Shown here one piece after another: positions 1 to 8,871 of a stretch of DNA of 64,000 nucleotides. The stretch's first letter is position 1, and every line of letters begins with the position of its first letter. The stretch is from Cyanophyceae cyanobacterium (GTDB lineage: Bacteria > Cyanobacteriota > Cyanobacteriia > Cyanobacteriales > JBHJGN01). The notes beneath the pieces were generated by a model. That model saw only the letters and a list, made by a program, of their open reading frames with translations. It was not told the DNA's origin and made no database searches. The stretch is from contig JBHJGN010000011.1 of assembly GCA_050331735.1 (NCBI GenBank), positions 96,001 to 160,000 of the forward strand, written 5' to 3'. Made by a program: the position numbers and the translations under genes.

Positions 1-2
1 GT

Positions 3-1283
3 CGCTCGAGTCTTCAGGCTCAGCTTCAGTCGCTAGCTGGTAGCCAAGCAGATGACGTCCCCGCTCTTGAACGCCAAACAGTCCCCATCGTTGAAGGGGA
101 GAGTACTCAACAGCTACAGCAGGCCATGACCAAGCTGCAAGAGTTTATCAACGAGCTGCGGCTCAACATTGGCATTCTCCAGGCTCAACAGCAGGAGCAG
201 GAAGCGGCTTTTTCTACCTGGAATGAAGTTAATCTTCAGCCCGACCGACCAGCGCAATCTCAGACGGCACGAGCTTTGATCGGTTTGTGGAGCGAGCCTC
301 CGCAGATTCTGCCGGAATCTGAAAGCTTGTTCGAGCAGACGCTCACTGGCTGGTTTCAAACTCGCGCTCTCAAGCAGCTTTATCAAATCCAGGAGCAGGA
401 ATTAGCTCAGCTTCGCTCCCAAGAGCAGCAGCTCGCCCAACGAGCGGTAGTCAAACTGGCGTTAATTGGTGGAGTTCCTTTTGTCGGGGGCGTCATCGGG
501 GTTGGTATTCTGATTGTGTTGCTTGTTCAATTGTTTGTGCAAAAAGAGCGATCGCTCCTGGCTGCAAACGTGAATACCTGGGAAACTCCCTGGAACTGGG
601 AAGTGATCTGGCAAGTACTCATTGTCGGGTTCTTTTTTATTAGCCAAATTTTATTACCTGTATTGTTTACTGTCCTCGGTTTCAGCCCAACTGGTTTAAG
701 TCTGCGTTTCAAGGCGGTTTACATCCTAGTCAGCTACCTGCTCGTCGCCGTTGGGGGGCTACTGGTGCTGTATCTGTCCCTCAAACCATTTTTTCCCCTA
801 CCCAAGTTCTGGTTTCGCTTTCAGTGGATGGGAAACTGGATTGTCTGGGGAGTTGGCGGTTACTTGGTCGCTCTTCCGCTCGTGGTCATTGTATCTTTGC
901 TCAATCAGCAAATTTGGCAGGGACAAGGAGGCAGTAATCCACTCTTATTTCTAGCTCTCCAGGCCCAGGATCGAGTGGCGTTAGCAATTTTCTTTTTCAC
1001 GGCCTCTGTCGCCGCTCCCCTGTTTGAGGAAATGATCTTTCGGGGCTTCCTGCTCCCGTCTTTAACTCGTTATCTTTCCGTTTGGGGGGCAATTGTTGTT
1101 AGTAGTCTCGTGTTTGCCCTCGCTCACCTCAGTCTTTCTGAAGTACTGCCGCTCACGGTCTTAGGCATTGTCCTCGCCGTTGTCTACACGCGCTCCAAGA
1201 ATCTGTTGGCGTCTATTCTCCTACACAGCTTGTGGAATAGCGGTACGCTCATTAGCTTATTTATCTTGGGCAGTAGTGGGTAA
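3..1283 (+). CDS. CPBP (Abi/CAAX) family intramembrane metalloprotease, 5'-partial
   Basis: The frame of the ORF-track call (126) is open back to the window edge. Has EEMIFRG, FALAH and HSLWN CPBP motifs and many TM helices. Confidence 0.9.
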   Translation, partial: RSSLQAQLQSLAGSQADDVPALERQTVPIVEGESTQQLQQAMTKLQEFINELRLNIGILQAQQQEQEAAFSTWNEVNLQPDRPAQSQTARALIGLWSEPPQILPESESLFEQTLTGWFQTRALKQLYQIQEQELAQLRSQEQQLAQRAVVKLALIGGVPFVGGVIGVGILIVLLVQLFVQKERSLLAANVNTWETPWNWEVIWQVLIVGFFFISQILLPVLFTVLGFSPTGLSLRFKAVYILVSYLLVAVGGLLVLYLSLKPFFPLPKFWFRFQWMGNWIVWGVGGYLVALPLVVIVSLLNQQIWQGQGGSNPLLFLALQAQDRVALAIFFFTASVAAPLFEEMIFRGFLLPSLTRYLSVWGAIVVSSLVFALAHLSLSEVLPLTVLGIVLAVVYTRSKNLLASILLHSLWNSGTLISLFILGSSG

Positions 1284-1573
1284 GGCAGCTTGCGCTGCGG
1301 GTAAGGGGAAAGGAAGGGACTTAACAGTGAGCAATTAATAGTGCTCAAATCAGCTAGTTATCCCATTTACTGAAAGTAGTTAGACAGTTCCCCAAACTAA
1401 CCAAGAGTTAAAGGTTCAAAGGCAAAGACTCGCTGTGCGTACGCGCAGCGGTTTCTCCTTTCCCGTCCCGTTCGCGGTTGGAAGGGCGATCGCTTAGAAT
1501 AGCTATTTTTTTACATTAACTATATACTTTATGAAGAAATTGCCGCCATCTCAATAGGTGAAGAGGTCTCTCT

Positions 1574-3850
1574 GTGAGCAAGCAAACGCAAGACTTCCAA
1601 TTAGACGAAGCCGAAGAATTCTACGAGGCTCCCAACAGGCCCAATTTCAACAGATATTTTAAGATATTTCGCCGTAAGGCAGTTCTCATTGCCGGAATTA
1701 CAGGATTATCAACCTTGGTGGCGTGGCTTGTGACTTTAAGAGAGCCTTTCTACTATGCGGGCAAGTTTCGTGTGCTGCTTGAGCCGGTAACTTCCGCTGA
1801 GAAACTGACCGAACCTTCTACTCTGGCGCGAACGGGCGGAGTCCCTAACGAAGAATTACTCAGCGTAGACTATCCGACTCAACTGGAAATTTTAAGAGGT
1901 CCAGGGATGCTGCTCGAGATCGCTGAACAAGTGCAGTCCCAAGAGCCAACGGTTGATGTTAGCAGTTTGCTAGGTAGCCTACAGGATAACCTCTCGGTGC
2001 AGCGCGTTGGCGGCGAGACTCGACGAGACGATACCAAAATTCTGGAAGTTACCTATACAGGCGTAGACCCCAAACTGACCCAATTAGTTCTAGAAGCAGC
2101 CGCTCAGCAATATTTAGACTACAGCATTGAAGAACGGCAGACGAGAATTAGCGCCGGAGTGGGATTTATTGACGAGCAGGTTCCCGAGCTTCAAGAACGC
2201 TTGTCGGAGCTACAGGCCCAACAAAAGCAGCTCCAGCAAGAGTATCAGCTCATCGATCCCAATTCTAGAGGTCAAGAACTGTTTTCTCAGGTTCATCGGC
2301 TCACCGAGCAACAGTTAGAAGTCCAAACTCAACTACAGGAGCTGAAAACGCTTCGCGATACTTTACAAGCTAAGCTGAATCTGTCTCCCGAAGAGGCCAT
2401 GACCGCTTCATCTCTCAGCCAAGATCCGAACCGCGCCGCCCTTCGATCGCAGCTTCAGGAAGTTGAAAGCCAAATTGCCGTTAACTCGGCTCGCTTTACC
2501 GCCGACAATCCAATTCTGCAAGAACTTCAGGAGCAGCGACAAAATCTTATTGACCTACTCGACGCTAAAACTGAGCAAATTATCGAGCAAAGCCCTATTT
2601 CTGTAGATGACAGATCGCCAGCGTTAGGGTTTCAGGATAACACTCGCTTGGCGTTGATTAAGCAACTGGTTGATACCACCAATCAGATTCAGGTGCTGGA
2701 ATCTCGCTATCAATCTCTGACAGAATCTAAAACAAGCTACGAAAATCAAGCACAGGATTTTCCAGAAGTCGTTCGTCGTTACAACGATCTAGAGAGTCAG
2801 GAAGCGCTGACAAAACAAATTCTCGATCAGCTTCTGACTCAGCGCGAAACGCTGCGCGTGGAAGTGGCTCAAAACGAAGTTCCTTGGGAACTGCTCGGCG
2901 AGCCGCGCATTGCTCGCAACGAAGACGGTGAACCAAAAGCGTTTCCTCCCGATAGTACAAGGATCCTGGTGGCTGGAGCAATGGCTGGCGTTTTGTTAGG
3001 CTCTGCCGCTGCTATCCTGCTTGAAAAACGACAAGACATCTTTTATAAGCCTCAAGATGTTCAAGATTCTCTGGCGCTGCCGCTTCTCGGGGAAATTCCC
3101 ATCGACGACCGCTATTCATCTCCCAAGTCAACCGCTAGTATCTTTGCTAAAGACGGTGACGGTTTTTTCACAGAATCGTTTGAGAGTCTCTACACGAAGC
3201 TGAGTTTCCTCTTTACCGATCCGTCAGTGCGCTCTCTCGTCGTTAGTTCGGTAGAGCCGCAGGAAGGGCAAACGACCGTAGCCGTTTACCTAGCAAAAAT
3301 AGCGGCGACGGCAGGAAAGCGCGTTCTCCTCGTTGACGCTAACTTGCAGGAGCCGCAGCTTCACACCTGGTTGAATGTGAAGAACTATCGAGGTCTTAAT
3401 CAGCTTCTTTCCGGTCAATTGCCGGACGAGAAATATATTCAGCAAACTGAAATTGATAATCTGAATGTGTTAACTACTGGTGCTGCTCATCCTCATGGCT
3501 CTAAGCTCTGGTCTACTCAAATGGAGCTGGTGATGGAGACTCTCCAGGCGCAGTATGACCTGGTTATTTACGATCCCCCTCACTTTTTTGATTCTACGGG
3601 CATCAATTTCCTCGCGGCGCGAACAGACGGCATTTTGCTGGTACTGGAAATAGCCAAGACAAGCCGCTCTCTAGTTAAAAAAGCAGTAGAGCAAATCAAC
3701 GCTTTTCGACTCCCTGTGTTGGGAGTGGTAACGAACGAGGCTGTCCCAGTTTCCGATTCAGTTGAGCCACTAGACGTAAATCAAAGCGAGCGATCGCAAA
3801 CAACAGTCGGTTCAAGAATTGCGAATGATGTTGATGTCTCTCCAACCTAG
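1574..3850 (+). CDS. Wzc/GumC-like polysaccharide co-polymerase with degenerate BY-kinase domain
   Basis: N-terminal TM, long coiled coil, second TM (ILVAGAMAGVLLG), then a CpsD/CapB-like domain: ESFESLYTKL, SSVEPQEGQTT, VLLVDANL, LVIYDPP. Confidence 0.88.
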   Translation: MSKQTQDFQLDEAEEFYEAPNRPNFNRYFKIFRRKAVLIAGITGLSTLVAWLVTLREPFYYAGKFRVLLEPVTSAEKLTEPSTLARTGGVPNEELLSVDYPTQLEILRGPGMLLEIAEQVQSQEPTVDVSSLLGSLQDNLSVQRVGGETRRDDTKILEVTYTGVDPKLTQLVLEAAAQQYLDYSIEERQTRISAGVGFIDEQVPELQERLSELQAQQKQLQQEYQLIDPNSRGQELFSQVHRLTEQQLEVQTQLQELKTLRDTLQAKLNLSPEEAMTASSLSQDPNRAALRSQLQEVESQIAVNSARFTADNPILQELQEQRQNLIDLLDAKTEQIIEQSPISVDDRSPALGFQDNTRLALIKQLVDTTNQIQVLESRYQSLTESKTSYENQAQDFPEVVRRYNDLESQEALTKQILDQLLTQRETLRVEVAQNEVPWELLGEPRIARNEDGEPKAFPPDSTRILVAGAMAGVLLGSAAAILLEKRQDIFYKPQDVQDSLALPLLGEIPIDDRYSSPKSTASIFAKDGDGFFTESFESLYTKLSFLFTDPSVRSLVVSSVEPQEGQTTVAVYLAKIAATAGKRVLLVDANLQEPQLHTWLNVKNYRGLNQLLSGQLPDEKYIQQTEIDNLNVLTTGAAHPHGSKLWSTQMELVMETLQAQYDLVIYDPPHFFDSTGINFLAARTDGILLVLEIAKTSRSLVKKAVEQINAFRLPVLGVVTNEAVPVSDSVEPLDVNQSERSQTTVGSRIANDVDVSPT

Positions 3851-4647
3851 CTAAAGACAATCGCCATTAGCGATTGACCAGCTAAGGAGAAGACTTGGCG
3901 GTGGCTGCATCAACGCAGAGGTCATCGATGTGTTTCGGTAGAGATACATCAGTCCTTGTCGTTGCTTTCTGCCGCAGCGAATACCCGTTTGATTAGCAAT
4001 ACCCGCTAGTTGTCTAACAAACAATTAACATTTCCAATCTTGATGTTAGCAAGCGTTAGCTTTACAAAGTTGTGGTACTATTGTTGGAGTTTATCAACGT
4101 TTAGGTGTAAAACTATACAAAAATAGCTCAAAATGAGAAATTTTAAAGTTTTCTCCTGATGACTAGTGTTTCGTCGCTAGTGATTAGAATTACTGGGAAG
4201 AACTAAACAGTTAGTATAGAAAACCGACATAGAAAGGCAGGATACTTTACCGAAGTGTGCAAGCTAATTCATCCAATTGCTTACTATTGCCTCCGCATAC
4301 CTTACTTCTTTTCTGAAAGTCATCAAACCTTAATTAAAACTGTAGTTAAGATCACACGATCTCGCCCAGGAATTAACAATCTTTTATAAAATGTAGGGCG
4401 TTGGAACTGAAAGAGCAAGTTAGCTTTTTAGCGTAGGAAGTTCAAAAAGTAACAAAGTACTCCAAATTGTGAAGCAATGGCTCAAGCAAATGATCACAAG
4501 AAAAATGTGGCCACTAGAAAAATAGTCGATAAAGTTGTTAGATAACGTACAGTCACAAAAGCTGATAAAGGCTAGCATTTTTTTGTCTGCGATCTTTTTG
4601 ACCGATGTAGCTCAATCAATTTTCCGCTGCCACTAACAATTTTGATT

Positions 4648-5805
4648 ATGAACAGCAACAGCACCAGAATACTCAATATTGACATCAGCAATACCTCAAA
4701 GCAGCAGTTACTGGCAGAAATTAAGAAAGGCGGAGTACTACTAACTCCTAACGTCGATCATATGGTAAAGCTGCAGAAAGACCCCGAATTTTATCGAATT
4801 TATACTAAGGCGGATTATGTCGTTTGCGATAGTAAAATTCTTCTTTGGGCTTCTAAGTTTTTGGGTTGTAAGATACAAGAAAAAATATCCGGGTCTGATT
4901 TTTTCCCTAGCTTTTATCGTTACTATAAATACGACGAGAGTATTAAAATCTTTTTGCTAGGGGGAGCCGTTGGTGTCGCAGAATTAGCAAAACAACGAAT
5001 CAATCGGAAAGCAGGCCGTCAAATCGTGGTTGCGGCCCATTCTCCATCCTTTGGCTTTGAAAAACAGCCAGCAGAATGCCGAGAGATTGTTGACTTGATC
5101 AACCAATCCGGAGCTACCGTATTGGCCATTGGAGTGGGCGCACCTAAGCAGGAAAAATGGCTCTATAAGTACAAAGACCAGCTCGGAAACATCCAAATCT
5201 TCTTGGCCATTGGGGCTACCATCGATTTTGAGGCTGGTTTTTATCAAAGAGCGCCGAAGTGGATGAGCGAGGTAGGCTTAGAGTGGCTGCACCGATTTGT
5301 CTCTGAGCCAAAGCGGTTATGGCGGAGATACTTAGTAGAAAGCCTGCCTTTCTTCTGGCTCGTGCTTCAGCAGAAGATGAATTTTTATCGATATAAGAAG
5401 CCGATTGGTTTAGTTTTACAAGAGGCAGACCTGCTCTCCCCAGAACAGGTAGAGCAGATCCTTGAGAGTCAAGCTGCCAGCGGACAGCGGTTTGGGGAAA
5501 TTGCGGTTCGGAAAGGATGGCTTGCTCCTCAGACCATTCATTTTTTTACGACCGAGATACTCAAACTCGCTCAGCAAGAGCCAAAGCCGATTGGTCAGTA
5601 TTTGAAAGCAGCAGCCTTACTAGATAATCGGCAGATTTATGCCGTTTTGGAGGAGCAAAAACGGATTCGTCGTCCCTTTGGTGAGATTGTTGTGCAAAAA
5701 GGGTGGCTCAGTCGTCAAACTATTGACTTTTTCCTCGCGCTGACGACCTCTCACTCTTGTCCTGTCAGCTCACCAGTAGACGACTTTGCTTTACAGTCGA
5801 ATTGA
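4648..5805 (+). CDS. WecB/TagA/CpsF (GT26) glycosyltransferase with duplicated C-terminal MshEN/GspE-N-like module
   Basis: TPNVDH, GSDFF, GVGAPKQEKW and GLEWLHRF..EPKRLWRRY motifs. C-terminal repeat KPIG..L..A.LL...Q....L..Q....FGEI.V.KGWL..QTI.FF occurs twice. Confidence 0.9.
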   Translation: MNSNSTRILNIDISNTSKQQLLAEIKKGGVLLTPNVDHMVKLQKDPEFYRIYTKADYVVCDSKILLWASKFLGCKIQEKISGSDFFPSFYRYYKYDESIKIFLLGGAVGVAELAKQRINRKAGRQIVVAAHSPSFGFEKQPAECREIVDLINQSGATVLAIGVGAPKQEKWLYKYKDQLGNIQIFLAIGATIDFEAGFYQRAPKWMSEVGLEWLHRFVSEPKRLWRRYLVESLPFFWLVLQQKMNFYRYKKPIGLVLQEADLLSPEQVEQILESQAASGQRFGEIAVRKGWLAPQTIHFFTTEILKLAQQEPKPIGQYLKAAALLDNRQIYAVLEEQKRIRRPFGEIVVQKGWLSRQTIDFFLALTTSHSCPVSSPVDDFALQSN

Positions 5806-5830
5806 ACTCCCTTCCTCTCAGGCGCTTCTC

Positions 5831-6958
5831 CTATTTTGCCCACGGCATTGGTTCCATTGGCTCGAAAGACGACGTGAGCCGGTAGGAAGACCCGGTTTCT
5901 AGAGCATTGTGAATTGCCAGCACAATTTCGTTAATATGCAAAGAATACTGAGCCGACAGCCGACAGGGACGCTGTTCGGTAATGGCGGTGGCTAGTTCTG
6001 CCACGCCGCGACAGTAGTCCATCTGCTGAGACGCTTTGGTTCGGAGTTGAGAGCGGTTGCCAACTAGCGGCACTTTCTGACTCCAGGGAGTGAGAATCAT
6101 CTTGCGCCGAATGGTCAGGCGACGCTTAATATAAACCGGAGAGCGGTAGTACCAGCAGTCATCGGTATAGAGAATTCCCTCATCGCCGATAACCTGTAGC
6201 GAATGGTCGTGGGGCGCAACGATGCCGCAGGTCAATCGGGCCACCACGCCAGAGGAAAATTTAATACAGGCTACTGAAAAATCTGGAGACTGTCCCTCTA
6301 GGGAAACGTCGGTTTGCTTGTCGGGAATCAGGCACGACGAAAACGCTGTGACCAACTCTGCTGGTCCAAAAAAAGCCGTCAGCCAGGTGATATAGTAGCC
6401 AGCGTGTTCTAGGGTACAGCCGACTTCAAATTCATCTTTATACGGCCAGGGAATGCCCGACTCGCTGAGCCACTTTTGATAGGGCATGCGATGCACCAAC
6501 CCGTCATCCATTTCGGCATAGACCAGCCGGACAGACCCCACTGCTCCCTCGCGCAAGGCTTTCCAAACCGTTTGCGCGGTTTCGCTTAGAACGTTACAAG
6601 GAGCGGACGCAAGGGATAAACCGCGCTGTTCGGCCAAGGCCACGAGCTGCTCGGCTTCGGCTAGGGTCATCCCCAGAGGCTTTTCGGAGTAAACGTGTTT
6701 GTCGGCTGCCAAACACGCCCAAGACACAGAGAAGTGACTGCTGGGGTTGGTTAAGTTTAAGACCAGCTCCACGCGCTCGTCGGCAAGCAGCTCTTCGAGG
6801 GAACGGTAGTGAAAAAGCGATCGCCGAGCGGCACAGCGAGCGGCTCGCTCCTGATTGCGGTCCATGACCCCCACTAACTCTAGCTCTGGATGGAGTGGGA
6901 GCGTACTGAGGTAATAGTCAGCCACAAAACCACACCCAACAATGGCAATACGCATCAA
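5831..6958 (-). CDS. Gfo/Idh/MocA family oxidoreductase
   Basis: IAIVGCGFVA Rossmann start and KHVYSEKP motif. Confidence 0.9.
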   Translation of the reverse strand: MMRIAIVGCGFVADYYLSTLPLHPELELVGVMDRNQERAARCAARRSLFHYRSLEELLADERVELVLNLTNPSSHFSVSWACLAADKHVYSEKPLGMTLAEAEQLVALAEQRGLSLASAPCNVLSETAQTVWKALREGAVGSVRLVYAEMDDGLVHRMPYQKWLSESGIPWPYKDEFEVGCTLEHAGYYITWLTAFFGPAELVTAFSSCLIPDKQTDVSLEGQSPDFSVACIKFSSGVVARLTCGIVAPHDHSLQVIGDEGILYTDDCWYYRSPVYIKRRLTIRRKMILTPWSQKVPLVGNRSQLRTKASQQMDYCRGVAELATAITEQRPCRLSAQYSLHINEIVLAIHNALETGSSYRLTSSFEPMEPMPWAK

Positions 6959-7103
6959 TCCTTCTTCCGATTCATTCCACGAACTAATATATCAGTCTGC
7001 TTTCCGGTTGAGATTGACGATCTGTAACAAGACTCAACAAAATTGCACTCGGGTCATCGGCTAAGATCGCAGTAGGTTTGGGTATAGGGTGGATTCATAC
7101 AGC

Positions 7104-8687
7104 ATGCAAACAGTGGATACCGCGACACAATCGCTGCGATTTCGCCAGCTTCAAAATCAGCTTCGGGAGCTTTGGCAGAGTGTCGATTTATTCGATCAGG
7201 ATGACTACGATATTTTAGTGGTGCCGTCCTTCAGCATCGATCAGCGAGAAGGACAAAAAATTGCTGGCTTTCTGCATTACGAGGAAAGGCTGCTGTTTTC
7301 TTTGATCCGCCTGCGCAATCCCCATACGCGCTTGATCTACGTCACCGCTCAGCCCCTATCCCCTTTGATCATCGACTACTATCTTCAGCTTCTACCAGGC
7401 ATTCCCTTTTCCCATGCTCGCGATCGCCTGCTGCTGCTCTCAACCGATGATGCTTCCCTGAAGCCTCTTACTCAGAAGATTCTCGAGCGACCGCGCCTGG
7501 TCGAGAGAATCCGCCGCGCCCTCAGGCCGGGTAAGTCCTATATGGTCTGCTACAATTCGACGCTGCTCGAACAAGAACTCTCGTTAGCCTTAGATATTCC
7601 CCTGCTCGCTCCCTGTCCCGACCTGCTGTACTGGGGCTCGAAAAGCGGTAGTCGCGATATTTTTGCCGAATGCCAGATTACTCATCCTGACGGGAGCCCG
7701 GAAGTGAATAGCGTTGACGAGCTCCTGGTTGCCGCTACCGAACTCTGGGAGCGTCAGCCGCAGCTTCAGCGCCTGGTGATTAAGCTCAATGAAAGCTTCT
7801 CTGGCGAAGGCAACGCGATCCTCGATCTGCGTCCCCTACAGCACCTAGCGCCTCCTCAAGCCTCTTCCTGTGACCGAAAGGTGGGGATTGCTCAACGCCT
7901 CGATCACCTCAGTTTTCAATCCAGTTATGAAACCTGGGCTAACTATTCGAGCCGCATTCCCGAACTGGGAGCCATTGTCGAAGCCTTCGTGGAAGGAGAG
8001 AAGCGATCGCCGAGCGTTCAGGGCTATATTTCCCCCACTGGCACAGTTCATATTCTCTCGACCCACGATCAGATTTTGGGCGGTCCCGACGGACAGATCT
8101 TTCTCGGCTGTCGGTTTCCGGCAGATGATGCCTATCGGCTGCGTCTCCAAGAGTTAGGGATTCAAGTGGGCGAGGCGCTGGCGGCCAAGGGAGCTGTCGA
8201 GCGCTACGGCGTTGATTTCGTGGCGGTGCGCTCCCCCCACAGAACCGGGGAAACCTGGTCACTCCACGCTATCGAAATTAATTTGCGTAAAGGAGGAACC
8301 ACGCACCCCTTCATGACCCTCAAGTTACTCACCAACGGAGAGTACGACTATAGTTCCGGCCTCTTCTATGGACAGCAGGGCCAGCCCAAATACTACATCG
8401 CCTCCGACAATTTGCAAAAACCCCAGTATCAAGGGTTGCTCCCGCGCGATTTGATGGACGTCATCACCAACCACCGCCTGCACTTCGACAGCAGCACCAA
8501 AACCGGAACTGTCTTTCACCTCATGGGAGCGCTATCAGAGTTTGGGAAAGTGGGTCTCACCAGCATCGGCAACTCCTGGGCAGAGGCCGAAGCCCTCTAC
8601 AGTCAGGTAGAACAGGTTTTAGACTCTGAAACAGCACCGAAAGCCGCTTCTCACTCGTTTTCAAGTCTGCCGATTACTTGGTTTTGA
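7104..8687 (+). CDS. PGM1-related ATP-grasp peptide ligase-like protein
   Basis: HYEERLLF..IRLRNP, IKLNESFSGEGNA, STHDQILGG and AIEINLRKGGTTHPF motifs. ATG at 7104; GTG at 7089 is an alternative start. Confidence 0.8.
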   Translation: MQTVDTATQSLRFRQLQNQLRELWQSVDLFDQDDYDILVVPSFSIDQREGQKIAGFLHYEERLLFSLIRLRNPHTRLIYVTAQPLSPLIIDYYLQLLPGIPFSHARDRLLLLSTDDASLKPLTQKILERPRLVERIRRALRPGKSYMVCYNSTLLEQELSLALDIPLLAPCPDLLYWGSKSGSRDIFAECQITHPDGSPEVNSVDELLVAATELWERQPQLQRLVIKLNESFSGEGNAILDLRPLQHLAPPQASSCDRKVGIAQRLDHLSFQSSYETWANYSSRIPELGAIVEAFVEGEKRSPSVQGYISPTGTVHILSTHDQILGGPDGQIFLGCRFPADDAYRLRLQELGIQVGEALAAKGAVERYGVDFVAVRSPHRTGETWSLHAIEINLRKGGTTHPFMTLKLLTNGEYDYSSGLFYGQQGQPKYYIASDNLQKPQYQGLLPRDLMDVITNHRLHFDSSTKTGTVFHLMGALSEFGKVGLTSIGNSWAEAEALYSQVEQVLDSETAPKAASHSFSSLPITWF

Positions 8688-8689
8688 AT

Positions 8690-8840
8690 GTCGCGGCGCG
8701 ACGGGAAACGGGAAAGGGGAAAGGGGGATTACTCAGCCTATTCCTTCGTTCTGTGTTCTTTGCCCCAGTCGCGGAGCGACTTCCCTTTTCCCCGCGCCGA
8801 TGGCGCTTCCCCTTTTCCCGCAGCTTCGCTGCTTTTCCCC
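8690..8840. repeat. Composite intergenic repeat: four 13-nt mini-hairpins with GGGGAAA / TTCCCCTTTTCCC tracts between convergent genes
   Basis: GTCGCGGCGCGAC (8690), GTCGCGGAGCGAC (8768), GCGCCGATGGCGC (8794), GCAGCTTCGCTGC (8820). The last three are at an exact 26-nt period. Confidence 0.8.
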
Positions 8841-8871
8841 GCAAGGAAAAAGTCACACTCGCTTGGATAGG

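Noticed and set aside
8768..8840. CRISPR array interpretation of the 26-nt periodic array
   Set aside because: The units are only 13+13 nt, the variable parts are themselves palindromes, and there are no cas genes.
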